NCBI GenBank assembly: GCA_963736855.1
Contig: CAVTQK010000015.1
Coordinates: 448,001 to 512,000 of the forward strand
From: an uncultured delta proteobacterium
GTDB taxonomy: Bacteria; Desulfobacterota; Desulfobacteria; Desulfobacterales; UBA2156
Direction of reading: 5' to 3'
Length of the DNA stretch: 64,000 nt
Both the position numbers and the translations under genes were made by a program. Numbering within the stretch: position 1 is the first letter of the stretch; each line of letters opens with the position of its first letter. The notes beneath the pieces were generated by a model that saw only the letters and a program-made list of their open reading frames with translations, did not search any database and was not told the origin of the DNA. Positions 20,500-30,465 of the stretch are shown in pieces.

Positions 20500-21783
20500 A
20501 TGTCTATGAAATCATCGGATTTTCAAAAGGCAGTAGAAATCGGTCGTCCCCCCAATATCAAACAGATGTTTCCCAATTCGAAAGGCCTGATCATCAGCGG
20601 TAAGTTCATCGACCGGGCCATGTTGAAAAAGGGGAAAGCCATCGCTATAGCCGCCAACGGCCGCAACACCTTTGTCATCCAGGGTGCTCTCAGAGCCGCC
20701 CAGCGGGCCAACACCGCCATCATCATCGAGATTGCCAAGTCCGAAGGCGGCACCGATGCCTATTGTGCCATCAACTACTGGAATATGGCCCGGATCGTGG
20801 ACGCCCTGCTCAACGAAATGGGGATCACCGTTCCGGTGGCTCTGCATGCGGATCACTACGGAATCAAGTCTGAAAAGGATATCGAGAAGGCAAAAACCGA
20901 GATTCCGACCCTTTTCGAGTTCGGGATGACTTCCATCGCCATCGATGCTTCCCACATGCCCGACGATCAGAACCTCTTAGCTAACCTCGCCCTTTATCCC
21001 TTTGTTCCTAAGTGGGCGGGGCTGGAGACGGAAGTCGGGGAAATCAAGGGGAAAGAAGGGCTTTCTACCGTCCGAGAGGCTCTCTTTCTGATCCAGGGTC
21101 TCAATGCCCACAGTATCTTTCCGGACTGGATCGCCCTCAACAATGGCACCACCCACGGTATCGAGGCTAGCGACCAGGGGATCCAGGTCGAATTGACCCG
21201 GCAGATCCATGAAGCACTTTCCCCCTACCGGGTCTCCGGCGCCCAGCACGGCACCTCGGGAAACAATTCAGACCGCCTCAGGGAGATCGCTGCCAAGACC
21301 CGCACGACCAAGGCCAACGTTGCCACCGCACTCCAGATGATTTCCTGGGGTCTCGAAGTCAACGATTACGGCAACGCCCTGCTGAATGAAAACGGCGCCT
21401 TCATCAAAGTGGCGAACACGGGGGTCACCGAGCCCATGTGGGCGGAAATGATCGCCTATGCATCCACTAAAGGGTGGAAGAAGGGGGATTTCAAGAAACT
21501 GAACCTGCCCTTTGAAAATCGGCTTCTAGCCCAACCCCGGGAGATACGGGAACGAATGATCCGCCGTGTGGAGGACTTCGTCTATACAATGATCACGCAG
21601 GTTTTCAATGCGAAAGATACCGCCGATCTGTGCATCGAGACCATCCTGAAAACCGGTTCCTTCGATTGCGGTCCAAAAGGCGAAAGGATTGAAGATCCTG
21701 CGGCATGGACGCCGGAAAAGATCGTCCAAAAAGCGAAGGCCTTGAACGCGGAAAAAGGTTCAGCCGGAAATTTCGACGACTAG
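20500..21783 (+). CDS. Class II fructose-bisphosphate aldolase
   Basis: LHADH, IDASH, ETEVG, NGTTHG, AQHGTSG, KANVAT; RBS AGGAGG. Confidence 0.9.
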   Translation: MSMKSSDFQKAVEIGRPPNIKQMFPNSKGLIISGKFIDRAMLKKGKAIAIAANGRNTFVIQGALRAAQRANTAIIIEIAKSEGGTDAYCAINYWNMARIVDALLNEMGITVPVALHADHYGIKSEKDIEKAKTEIPTLFEFGMTSIAIDASHMPDDQNLLANLALYPFVPKWAGLETEVGEIKGKEGLSTVREALFLIQGLNAHSIFPDWIALNNGTTHGIEASDQGIQVELTRQIHEALSPYRVSGAQHGTSGNNSDRLREIAAKTRTTKANVATALQMISWGLEVNDYGNALLNENGAFIKVANTGVTEPMWAEMIAYASTKGWKKGDFKKLNLPFENRLLAQPREIRERMIRRVEDFVYTMITQVFNAKDTADLCIETILKTGSFDCGPKGERIEDPAAWTPEKIVQKAKALNAEKGSAGNFDD

Positions 21784-21785
21784 CC

Positions 21786-22313
21786 ATGCGGGAAAAGACA
21801 CACTGCCCCTTTTGCGGCCATCCGTTGATTCGACGTATTTCTGAAGGACACTTGCGTCTGTTTTGCACGAACTGCAACGAGCCGATTTACGAAAATCCCA
21901 TCCCCGCCACCTGTCTGGTGGTGGTGGATGCCCGAGATCGAGTTCTTCTGGTCAAGCGCAGCGTGGAGCCAAAAAAAGGGTACTGGTGTCTGCCCGGGGG
22001 GTTTTTGGAGGTCCGTGAAACGCCTGAGGAAGGAGCGCTTCGGGAACTCTTCGAAGAGACCGGACTTTCCGGTAAGATCACCCGGCTTCTTGGGGTCACC
22101 ACAAACCCAAGCCCCCGGTACCGTTCGGTCCTCATGATCGGCTACCTGGTCCGAACCTTTGAGGGGACCGCCCTGCCGGGCGACGATGCCTCAGATTTGG
22201 CCTTCTTCGCTCCCGATGCCTTACCGGAGATCGCCTTTGATAGCCACCACCGATTCATCCGGATATTTTATGCCGCTTATTCGGTGAACAGTGAGAAGGG
22301 CTGTGACGAGTGA
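21786..22313 (+). CDS. Zn-ribbon NUDIX hydrolase
   Basis: CPFCG...CTNC; Nudix box GGFLEVRETPEEGALRELFEETG. Confidence 0.9.
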   Translation: MREKTHCPFCGHPLIRRISEGHLRLFCTNCNEPIYENPIPATCLVVVDARDRVLLVKRSVEPKKGYWCLPGGFLEVRETPEEGALRELFEETGLSGKITRLLGVTTNPSPRYRSVLMIGYLVRTFEGTALPGDDASDLAFFAPDALPEIAFDSHHRFIRIFYAAYSVNSEKGCDE

Positions 22314-22410
22314 CGTAAGAACAGCAACGAGTGACAAGTGACCAGATAGACCAAACCAACAAGATCAACGAAACAGACCAGATAGACCAAACGACCAAAT
22401 AAACCAGATC
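22303..22410. repeat. Heptamer (GTGACRA) followed by nonamer (RACCARAyA) tandem array
   Basis: gtgacga gtgacgt..gtgacaa, then gaccagata gaccaaacc aacaagatc aacgaaaca gaccagata gaccaaac gaccaaata aaccagatc. Confidence 0.75.
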
Positions 22411-23188
22411 ACCAAGTCTTCCGGACCTTGATCCCACGGTCGCCCAGGTATTCCTTGATCTGGGGGAGGGTATAAGTGCCGTAATGCACCATGGAAGCGA
22501 TAAGTGCGGCGTCCGCCTTTCCCTTTGTAAGGACGTCGTACAGATGCTCGGGCTTTCCCGCACCACCTGACGCAATGACGGGAATCCCCACATTATCGGA
22601 GATCATGGACGTCAAGTTCAGTTCGTAACCCTCTCGGGTCCCATCCGTGTCGATGGCGTTCAAACAGATCTCTCCGGCCCCAAGCGCTTCCGCCTCCTTG
22701 GCCCATTGAAGGGCATCGATTCCCATATAAGTCCTCCCGCCGTTAATAACAATCTCATACCCCGACGGGATCCCCGCTTTCACGCCTACATGCTTGACAT
22801 CCATTCCCAGGACAATGCACTGGTTTCCGAAGGCCTTCGCCCCCTTTGAGATAATAGATGGATTGCGGACTGCCGCCGAGTTCACACTCACCTTCTCGGC
22901 ACCTGCCAGGAGCACGGCACGCATGTCCTCTACGCTTCGGATCCCCCCGCCCACCGAAAAGGGGATGAAGATGGTTTCCGCCACACACCGGACCACCTCG
23001 ATCATGATGTCCCGTTTCTCGTGGGAAGCGGTGATATCGTAAAACACGATCTCGTCGGCTCCGGCCTCGTAGTACAGGCGTGCCATCTCCACAGGGTCTC
23101 CGATGTCGACATTTTCCTTGAACCGGATTCCCTTGGTCGTCTTTCCATCCCGAACATCCAGGCAAGGGATGATCCTTTTACTTAGCAT
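22409..23188 (-). CDS. hisF: Imidazole glycerol phosphate synthase cyclase subunit
   Basis: [37 protein letters not shown]. Confidence 0.97.
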   Translation of the reverse strand: MLSKRIIPCLDVRDGKTTKGIRFKENVDIGDPVEMARLYYEAGADEIVFYDITASHEKRDIMIEVVRCVAETIFIPFSVGGGIRSVEDMRAVLLAGAEKVSVNSAAVRNPSIISKGAKAFGNQCIVLGMDVKHVGVKAGIPSGYEIVINGGRTYMGIDALQWAKEAEALGAGEICLNAIDTDGTREGYELNLTSMISDNVGIPVIASGGAGKPEHLYDVLTKGKADAALIASMVHYGTYTLPQIKEYLGDRGIKVRKTW

Positions 23189-23210
23189 GGCGTCTTCTCC
23201 ATATCCGACA

Positions 23211-23849
23211 TCAGACCTTGAGTTTTCCATCCCATCGGCAAAACTGTCTCAAGATGGAAAGCCCGGGCCTTCCGCTCTTTTCCGGGTGAAACTGGGTGGC
23301 AAAAAGGTTTTGCCTCCCCATCACCGAAGCAAACGTCAAACCATAATCGGTAAATCCCACCACCCAATCAGGATCCCGGGGGTCAGGGAAATATCCGTGT
23401 ACGAAATAAAACTCATCAGTCTCCCGGATGTCGGTCAATAAAGGATGTGCCCTCACAATACGGACGCGATTCCATCCCATATGGGGAATCTTAAGGCGCT
23501 CTCCGTCATGGGATCGGAGGTCCCCCGGAAAGGCGCGCACTGTTCCCGGGATGATCCCCAGACAGGTCGTGTTGTTTTCCTCACTGTGTTCCAGGATCAC
23601 CTGGGTTCCCACGCAAATCCCTAAAATCGGCTTTCCTTCTTCAAAGGCGTCTTTCAGACATCGGTCCAGATCCAGGCGTCTCAAGGAGGCCATGGCAGAA
23701 CCGGCAGCCCCAACCCCCGGGAAGATGATCCTTTCGGACCGTTGAATGGCCTTCAGATCGTTGGTAACGGTGCACGAAAAGCCCAGGTGGGATACGGCCC
23801 GGGCCACACTAGTCAGGTTTCCAGCGTCATAGTCGATGATGGCAATCAT
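23211..23849 (-). CDS. hisH: Imidazole glycerol phosphate synthase glutaminase subunit
   Basis: PGVG, LGICVG, PHMGWN, QFHPEKS. Confidence 0.97.
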   Translation of the reverse strand: MIAIIDYDAGNLTSVARAVSHLGFSCTVTNDLKAIQRSERIIFPGVGAAGSAMASLRRLDLDRCLKDAFEEGKPILGICVGTQVILEHSEENNTTCLGIIPGTVRAFPGDLRSHDGERLKIPHMGWNRVRIVRAHPLLTDIRETDEFYFVHGYFPDPRDPDWVVGFTDYGLTFASVMGRQNLFATQFHPEKSGRPGLSILRQFCRWDGKLKV

Positions 23850-23859
23850 GGTTTGTTGG

Positions 23860-23894
23860 ACCGTGAACGGTTAAAGGTAAAAGATGAATCGTAA
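23860..23894. repeat. Short heptamer array between mazG and hisH
   Basis: accgtga acggtta aaggtaa aagatga atcgtaa. Confidence 0.5.
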
Positions 23895-23909
23895 AGATGT
23901 TCACTTCCG

Positions 23910-24692
23910 TCAGATTATTTGTTCCTTGGCTTTATCCCAAAGAGCATCTTTTTCGGCCTGCGGAACCGACCGGATATCCCTTCCGCTTTCAACGATCTGC
24001 TCTTCAATAAACCGAAAGCGCCTTTCAAACTTCTTCGTAGCGGCATGCAGGGTGCTCTCCGGATCCAGCCGGGCAAACCGCGCTACGTTGACCAGGGTAA
24101 ACAGAAGGTCCCCGAATTCCTGAGCCAACCGATCGTCCTTATTCTTGGGGTCGGGTAAGCTCTCTCCCATTTCTGCATTGAACTCCCGCCATTCTTCTTC
24201 AACTTTTTCCATGACCCCGGAAATATCATCCCAATCAAACTTCGCCCCGGCAGCGCGCTCTGACATCCGCAACGCCCGCATCAGGGCGGGCAGGTGCCTG
24301 GGCACGGATCCCAGGATGGAATCCTTGGAATCTTCTTTCTCTTCAGCCTTGATCCGCTGCCATTGGTCCTTGACGGCATCGGAAGTTTCAAGGGACTTTT
24401 CCCCAAACACATGGGGGTGTCTTCGGATCATCTTTTCCATGATTCCCTCGATCACCCGATCCAGGCCGAAAAGACTCTTTTCCTCAAAGCAATCGATGAT
24501 GAACATCAGGTGAAACAGGACGTCCCCCAGCTCTTCACAGACACTCCGGCTATCATCGGCCTCCACGGCATCCAATAGTTCATAGGTCTCTTCTAAAAGA
24601 TATCCGACTATGGTCCGGGGCGTCTGTTCCCGATCCCAGGGACATCCCTTATCCCCCCTCAAGGAACGGATTAATCCCTTCAGCCGCTTCAC
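23910..24692 (-). CDS. mazG: Nucleoside triphosphate pyrophosphohydrolase MazG
   Basis: GCPWDREQT, EETYE, EELGD, RRHPHVF, EFGDLLF. Confidence 0.95.
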   Translation of the reverse strand: MKRLKGLIRSLRGDKGCPWDREQTPRTIVGYLLEETYELLDAVEADDSRSVCEELGDVLFHLMFIIDCFEEKSLFGLDRVIEGIMEKMIRRHPHVFGEKSLETSDAVKDQWQRIKAEEKEDSKDSILGSVPRHLPALMRALRMSERAAGAKFDWDDISGVMEKVEEEWREFNAEMGESLPDPKNKDDRLAQEFGDLLFTLVNVARFARLDPESTLHAATKKFERRFRFIEEQIVESGRDIRSVPQAEKDALWDKAKEQII

Positions 24693-24719
24693 GTGTGAGC
24701 CTTTCTTTCCGCCACACCC

Positions 24720-25247
24720 TTATGGATGCACGGCGAGTCCCTTTTTCATGGCCTTGAGATTGGCGGTAAACTGGAGGAGCATTTCCTTGGGGAGGACCAG
24801 AGCCATCTTTTCGGTAATGGAAATCAGGTGGGGTGATAGGCGCGATCGCGTGATGAAAGAAGAGCCGGCCGGAAGAAAGGCCACCAGGGCGAGCAACAAT
24901 ACCGTGGTGATCAGCACTCCCTTGAAGGTTCCCGATATGGCTCCGAAAACGCGATCCACCCAACCCAAAATGGTGATTTTCAGAAGGTACTTGATTATGA
25001 CACCGAGAACGCTTATTATAAAATATAATAACATGAAAAGGATCAAAAAGCCGACGATGGACAGGTATGCCGGATTGAGAATACCTCCTGGAATTAAGGA
25101 TGCAGCCGCTCCATAATAGCGAGTTGCAACGAAAAAGCCTGCAAAAACGCCTATAATCGAAAAAAACTCCTTAATAAACCCCCTGAACAGTCCCCGAATA
25201 ATGAAAAACCCGGTAATAAGTGCAAAAAGAATGTCAAAAGCGTTCAT
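24720..25247 (-). CDS. cvpA: CvpA family membrane protein
   Basis: IRGLFRGFIKEF, DRVFGAISG. Confidence 0.88.
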   Translation of the reverse strand: MNAFDILFALITGFFIIRGLFRGFIKEFFSIIGVFAGFFVATRYYGAAASLIPGGILNPAYLSIVGFLILFMLLYFIISVLGVIIKYLLKITILGWVDRVFGAISGTFKGVLITTVLLLALVAFLPAGSSFITRSRLSPHLISITEKMALVLPKEMLLQFTANLKAMKKGLAVHP

Positions 25248-25430
25248 GGCTTTTTATCTTTTTTCAGAAAGGCAATTATTTCAGGGTATTTCAGGGAGTA
25301 TCTCGGGTTTAAATACCGGTGTCTAACGATTTAATTAGACTATCAGAGCGCCTATCATTGTCAAGGACATTTTGCATAAATGCGGTCCGCTGGTTGAATA
25401 GGGGTGATCTGCCGGGAACCTTTACTAAAA

Positions 25431-26423
25431 ATGGAATCTGCTTTGGACACTAAAACCACCACCCTGAGCTTTGAAAGTAACGATCTGGCCCGGCAGCTTT
25501 ACGGCCAGCAGAACAGCCACCTCAAACGCATCTCTGAAGTGCTCAAGGTCGATGTAGATGCCCGGGGAAACTCGATCTTCATTCAGGGAAACAGCTTTGC
25601 CGTGGACCTGGCGGAAAACCTATTAGACCAGCTTTATGGCCTTTTGGAAAACAAGTACCCCATCTTCCCGGACGATGTGGATTATGCCATCAATGCCCTG
25701 AGCGCCGACCACCGCACCCGACTCAAAGACATCTTCTTGGATACTATCTTCATCACCGCCAACAAAAGGCTCATCACCCCCAAAAGTTCCAATCAAAAGG
25801 CTTACATTGAGGCCATCCGAAACTTCGATATCGTCTTCGGCATCGGCCCGGCGGGTACAGGAAAAACCTACTTGGCCATGGCGATGGCCGTACTCACTTT
25901 ATCCAAAGGCCGGGTCAACCGGATCATTCTGACCCGGCCGGCGGTGGAAGCCGGGGAAGCGCTGGGGTTCCTTCCCGGGGATATTGCAGAAAAGGTTGAC
26001 CCGTATTTGAGACCGTTGTATGATGCCCTACATGACATGATGCGCTTCGAGAAAGCCTCCGGTCTCATCGAAAAGGGGGTAATCGAGGTGGCACCTCTGG
26101 CATTCATGCGCGGGAGGACCTTAAATGATGCCTTCGTCATCCTGGACGAAGCGCAAAACACTACCTCGGAGCAGATGAAGATGTTTCTAACCCGAATCGG
26201 GTATAATTCGAAGGCAGTGATCACTGGGGATATCACCCAGATCGATCTGCCCTCCGGAAAAGCCTCCGGGCTCATCGAGTCCAAGGAGATCCTCCAGGGG
26301 ATTGAAGGAATCCGATTCGTATTCTTCTCCAAAATGGATGTGGTCCGACACAAGCTCGTCCAGGAAATCATCCGGGCCTATGAAGACCTGGATCTTCGCA
26401 AGAGCGAAAAAGACCGGAAATGA
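25431..26423 (+). CDS. phoH: PhoH-like ATPase
   Basis: GPAGTGKT, RPAVEAGE, LAFMRGRT, DEAQN, GDITQIDL. Confidence 0.93.
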   Translation: MESALDTKTTTLSFESNDLARQLYGQQNSHLKRISEVLKVDVDARGNSIFIQGNSFAVDLAENLLDQLYGLLENKYPIFPDDVDYAINALSADHRTRLKDIFLDTIFITANKRLITPKSSNQKAYIEAIRNFDIVFGIGPAGTGKTYLAMAMAVLTLSKGRVNRIILTRPAVEAGEALGFLPGDIAEKVDPYLRPLYDALHDMMRFEKASGLIEKGVIEVAPLAFMRGRTLNDAFVILDEAQNTTSEQMKMFLTRIGYNSKAVITGDITQIDLPSGKASGLIESKEILQGIEGIRFVFFSKMDVVRHKLVQEIIRAYEDLDLRKSEKDRK

Positions 26424-28837
26424 GAATCCGAATTCCATTAGAGCCGTTCGGCATTAGGCTGGGCGGTGCCAATTTTATTCCCTGGGCTATCCTGGCGGGA
26501 CTGATCATCATTTACCCTATCATCCTTTATCCCAGCTTGGTGGTCACAGACGACCTGAATTATCAGATGGGGGATGTGGCCAGACGGGACATTAAATCCG
26601 ACGGCGATTTTTTCTTGGAAGACCCCCAGGCCACCGAATCGGCCCGTCAGAAAGCCGTCCATCAGGTCTTGACGGTCTATGATCACGACGTTGAAATGGC
26701 CTCCCGAATGAAGCGGCAGGTCCTTTCGGCCTTCGCTGCCATGCGTCAATCGATCAAGGAGAACCCGTCTGCCTTGGGCACCCATCCCAACCCGAAAGCC
26801 CCCCGCGGCTTGGGCGCGGAATCTTCGCCGCTCAAGGAATCCTCCTCCGATCTGATCCGAAAGATGGAATCCGAGTTCGAATCCAAAATCGGTATCCCGG
26901 TCTCCGAAAGTCAATTCCAGCTTCTCGTTAAAGAAGAGTTTCCCGAGGACATCGCCACCCGCATCGCCACCATCTTGAACCAGATTCTCGAAAACGGTGT
27001 CGTCGCGAATAAAGATCTTCTTTTAAGAGAATCAGAAAAAGAGATTATCCTCCGAACTTTGGGGTCCAGCACGGAAAAAACAATCTCCCAGTTGAAATCC
27101 TTTTACGGGAATGACCAAGCCAAGACCATGGTGACTGTTTTTGGGGAAACGGTCCTCAAGGATGCCAACCACGCCTTGAAGGCCCTGATTGTGGATTTTG
27201 CCCAAAAGCTCATCAAACCCAACATTACCCTGAACCGCCGCGAGAGCGAGGAACGCCGCCAAAAGGCCGCTGATGCCGTTGAGCCGGTGGTGCACCGGAT
27301 CAAAGCGGGTGAGATGCTTTTGCGGGAAGGGGAACGGGTCACGGAATTTCAGATGATGAAACTCAAAGCATTCCAGGACCGCTCCAGGAAGGAACGACTG
27401 CTGGCCACCAGCTTTGGGGCTGCTATGATGATGCTGTGTTTTCTCATGGTCCTCTATTTCCCCATCATATCCCCCCGGGAAGCTTTCCGGCGTCACCTGA
27501 ACCGGAACCTGCTTTTTACCGCCGCCATGCTCGTTCTTTTTCTTTTTATCGCCAAGGTTTCCGCTTCCCTCATAGACTCCTTCACTAAAAACAACCCCTT
27601 TGATCTGTCCCACACGACCCTGTACTTCGGCATGCCCCTGGCGGCCGGGTCCATGGCGGTATGTCTATTTCTGGGCATGGAAGTCGCCTTCCCTTTCGCC
27701 ATGGTCCTTTCCATCTCGGTGGCCGTCATGCTCCAAAACCGCATCGATCTCTTCATCTATTATTTTTTAAGCTCCGTCCTGGGCGCCCACTGGATCCGAT
27801 ACTGTCGAGAACGGAAGGTCTTTATCAAGGCCGGTTTGAAACTGGGCATGCTCAACATCCTCCTCGTTACAGCCATCGATATCTATCTGGGAACCTTTAT
27901 CGGGGTCCACACTTTATGGGATTGGGGATTTGCCTTCCAGGCCGGACTCGTGGCCGGGATGATCACCACCGGAATCGCCCCATTGATCGAGCTCGCTTTC
28001 GGGTATACCACGGACATCACTTTGCTGGAGCTGGCCAACTTCGATCAGCCCCTCCTCAGGCGATTGATGATCGAAGCGCCGGGGACCTACCACCATTCGG
28101 TCATCGTAGGATCTCTGGTGGAAGCCGCTGCCGCCGATATCGGCGCCAACCCGCTTCTGGCCAAGGTGTGCGGCTACTACCATGACATCGGCAAGCTCAA
28201 GCAGCCCCTCTATTTCATAGAAAACCAGATCGATGGAAAGAACCGGCATGACAAGCTGGCACCTTCCATGTCGAGCCTGATCCTGATCTCTCACATCAAG
28301 GCCGGTGTAGAGCTGGCTCGGCAGAACAAGTTGGGACAAGCCATCATCGACACCATCCAACAGCACCATGGAACCAGCATCATTAGCTATTTTTACGAAA
28401 AATCCAAACAGCAAAAGGGAGAAGACACCGTCAAGATCAACGATTTCCGGTACCCGGGCCCAAAACCCCAGACCCGGGAAGCCGGGCTGGTCATGCTGGC
28501 CGATGTGGTGGAAGCGGCGTCGCGAACTTTGCAGAACCCCACCCCGTCCCGGATCCAGGGATTGGTCCAAAACCTGATTAACAAGGTCTTTTCCGACGGG
28601 CAACTCGACAATTGTGAGCTCACCCTCCGCGACCTGCACAGCATCGCCAAAAGCTTCAACAAGATCCTCACCGGCATCCATCATCACCGGGTGGAGTATC
28701 CAGAAAGCCCGTCGGGTACAAACGGAAAGGAAAGAGATGGCGGTCTTGATCGACAACCGCTGCACGCGGTCGGCAATCCCCCGAGCCCGGATAAAAACGG
28801 CGGCACAGGCCGCCTTAGACGCCTTGGGCTCCCCTGA
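26420..28837 (+). CDS. 7TM-receptor HD/HDIG phosphohydrolase (PgpH-like)
   Basis: Extracellular domain, 7 TM, APGTYHHS, YYHDIGK, QHHGT, LADVVEAA. Confidence 0.9.
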   Translation: MRIRIPLEPFGIRLGGANFIPWAILAGLIIIYPIILYPSLVVTDDLNYQMGDVARRDIKSDGDFFLEDPQATESARQKAVHQVLTVYDHDVEMASRMKRQVLSAFAAMRQSIKENPSALGTHPNPKAPRGLGAESSPLKESSSDLIRKMESEFESKIGIPVSESQFQLLVKEEFPEDIATRIATILNQILENGVVANKDLLLRESEKEIILRTLGSSTEKTISQLKSFYGNDQAKTMVTVFGETVLKDANHALKALIVDFAQKLIKPNITLNRRESEERRQKAADAVEPVVHRIKAGEMLLREGERVTEFQMMKLKAFQDRSRKERLLATSFGAAMMMLCFLMVLYFPIISPREAFRRHLNRNLLFTAAMLVLFLFIAKVSASLIDSFTKNNPFDLSHTTLYFGMPLAAGSMAVCLFLGMEVAFPFAMVLSISVAVMLQNRIDLFIYYFLSSVLGAHWIRYCRERKVFIKAGLKLGMLNILLVTAIDIYLGTFIGVHTLWDWGFAFQAGLVAGMITTGIAPLIELAFGYTTDITLLELANFDQPLLRRLMIEAPGTYHHSVIVGSLVEAAAADIGANPLLAKVCGYYHDIGKLKQPLYFIENQIDGKNRHDKLAPSMSSLILISHIKAGVELARQNKLGQAIIDTIQQHHGTSIISYFYEKSKQQKGEDTVKINDFRYPGPKPQTREAGLVMLADVVEAASRTLQNPTPSRIQGLVQNLINKVFSDGQLDNCELTLRDLHSIAKSFNKILTGIHHHRVEYPESPSGTNGKERDGGLDRQPLHAVGNPPSPDKNGGTGRLRRLGLP

Positions 28838-29180
28838 CGGGGAACTCTCCGTCGTCATCCTCGACGATGTCGGGATCGCCGCCCTAAATCAAGCCTATCT
28901 GAACCGACCGGGGCCCACCAATGTCATCGCCTTTCCCATGCGCGAAGGTCCCTTCTCGGATATCGCCCCCGACCTTTTAGGGGATGTAGTGATCTCCATG
29001 GATACTGCCGAAAGAGAAGCCAAACAGGCGGGGATGCCCTTCGAAACCCGTTTCATGGAACTCTTGGTCCACGGCATCCTGCATCTCTTCGGATTTGAAC
29101 ACGAAACCGATCCGGAGGAAGCCGGGCGGATGGAACAAAAAAGCATGGAAATCCTGGTGCGCATCCGGGTAAAAGCTTAA
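28737..29180 (+). CDS. ybeY: rRNA maturation RNase YbeY
   Basis: PTNVIAF, LGDVVIS, HGILHLFGFEH; RBS AAAGGAAAG. Confidence 0.93.
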   Translation: MAVLIDNRCTRSAIPRARIKTAAQAALDALGSPDGELSVVILDDVGIAALNQAYLNRPGPTNVIAFPMREGPFSDIAPDLLGDVVISMDTAEREAKQAGMPFETRFMELLVHGILHLFGFEHETDPEEAGRMEQKSMEILVRIRVKA

Positions 29181-29216
29181 AAATCCTTGATAATTTTTTA
29201 GTGTAATTAACTATCA

Positions 29217-30109
29217 GATAAAGTAACATTTTTTCTGTAAATTGGTACAGCGGATCATTTCTCCTCAGCGTTCAGGTATATTTTCCCAGTTTCCCGCTCC
29301 TCACTAATTTCCATCAAGATTGCGCTCACCAGGCAAATGAGTGAGTCCTCATGTTTGTGGTATGCATTCGACACTGATGACTTCGGGGCAAATTAAGCAC
29401 CGCAAAGCCTTACGGCAGATTGTCCAGCCTCCAAGTCGACAAGCGGCAGGCGCTGTTTTGATATTTCTTAACCGTCAGATCCGGCAGGCGTTAGCCCTCT
29501 TGGCGGTCCGGGGCATTGAAGATCACACGAATGTTTTCGGCCACCTGAGGCCTCATGTCCATCTTGGGAACATGGGCCGAGGCGTTTCGTTGCAGATGCA
29601 AAAACAGACACCAATGGATTTCGGTCTCGCTCAACAATACGTCCACCCCCAGCAGCGTCCGGCGACCATCGGCCCGGATTCCCGAGGCCATCAACACCGC
29701 GCAACTCATTACCGTGCTGTCTTGACGGATATTCTTATAGCACGCATTGAGCACCAAATAGGCAATACTGCCGATAGCCCGGCTGCGCTCGACTTTCATC
29801 GCCTTATTGAACGATAGCGACAACACCGATTACAAACCGTCTAAGCCATGATGGATCACCTCTTCCAATACCTGTGAAATTGGCGTTTGATGCGATTGGT
29901 GGGTCATTTCAGCCCCTCCTTTATTAGGTTTTTACAATTCTTTAGAATACTGACTTGATCCACCATGTTCAAGGCCGATCTGTACATTGTACAACAGCCT
30001 TGCAACCCCACCGGCGATCCGAATCGGAAGGATTTCTGGGTATCCCCCCGAACCGTATCACCTTTCACCGGGCTCATTAGTCAATTTACAGAAAAAAGGT
30101 TACACTAAC
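29217..30109 (-). mobile_element. Internally deleted IS256-family element
   Basis: Terminal IRs gataaagtaacattttttctgtaaattg (29217-29244) and caatttacagaaaaaaggttacactaac (30082-30109); transposase remnants inside. Confidence 0.85.
29255..29907 (-). pseudogene. IS256 transposase pseudogene
   Basis: AVLMASGIRADGRRTLLGV, HLQRNA, IFNAPD, TTNM, LVSAILMEISE, with in-frame stops and three internal deletions. Confidence 0.85.
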
Positions 30110-30147
30110 GTCCATTCTGCTTGATATCACTCTATTTGCCTCCTATT

Positions 30148-30188
30148 TTACATAACTAATTCGGAGATAATTCGAATTAGTTATGTAA
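30148..30188. promoter_or_regulatory. Perfect 16-bp inverted repeat with 9-nt spacer
   Basis: ttacataactaattcg-gagataatt-cgaattagttatgtaa. Confidence 0.5.
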
Positions 30189-30465
30189 TGTTTTTAAGAA
30201 AATATTTTCTTGCTAAAGCTGTTCAGGCTTGATACATAGCAGCCCGCTCGAAGGAACGGTTGAAAGCAGACCATCAGTAAGGCTGTGAAAAGGATATTCG
30301 ACGGATATCGTCGTCAGGATTCCATAGGGGACAAAGGGTAAAGATCCGGGGCCGGATCTGCCCCGGGAAGAGTGCTCTCAAAGTACAAACAAATGCCCAG
30401 GAGAGCAGGGTATTAATTTAGTAACCGCCGTTAAGGCAAGAAGACTCAGAAGGAGGAAGGAAGAA

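Noticed and set aside
22340..22410. CRISPR array
   Set aside because: Units are 9 nt with no spacers; no cas genes in the window.
30160..30190. Chromosomal dif site
   Set aside because: Arm spacing is not 11-6-11 and there is no XerC-type arm.
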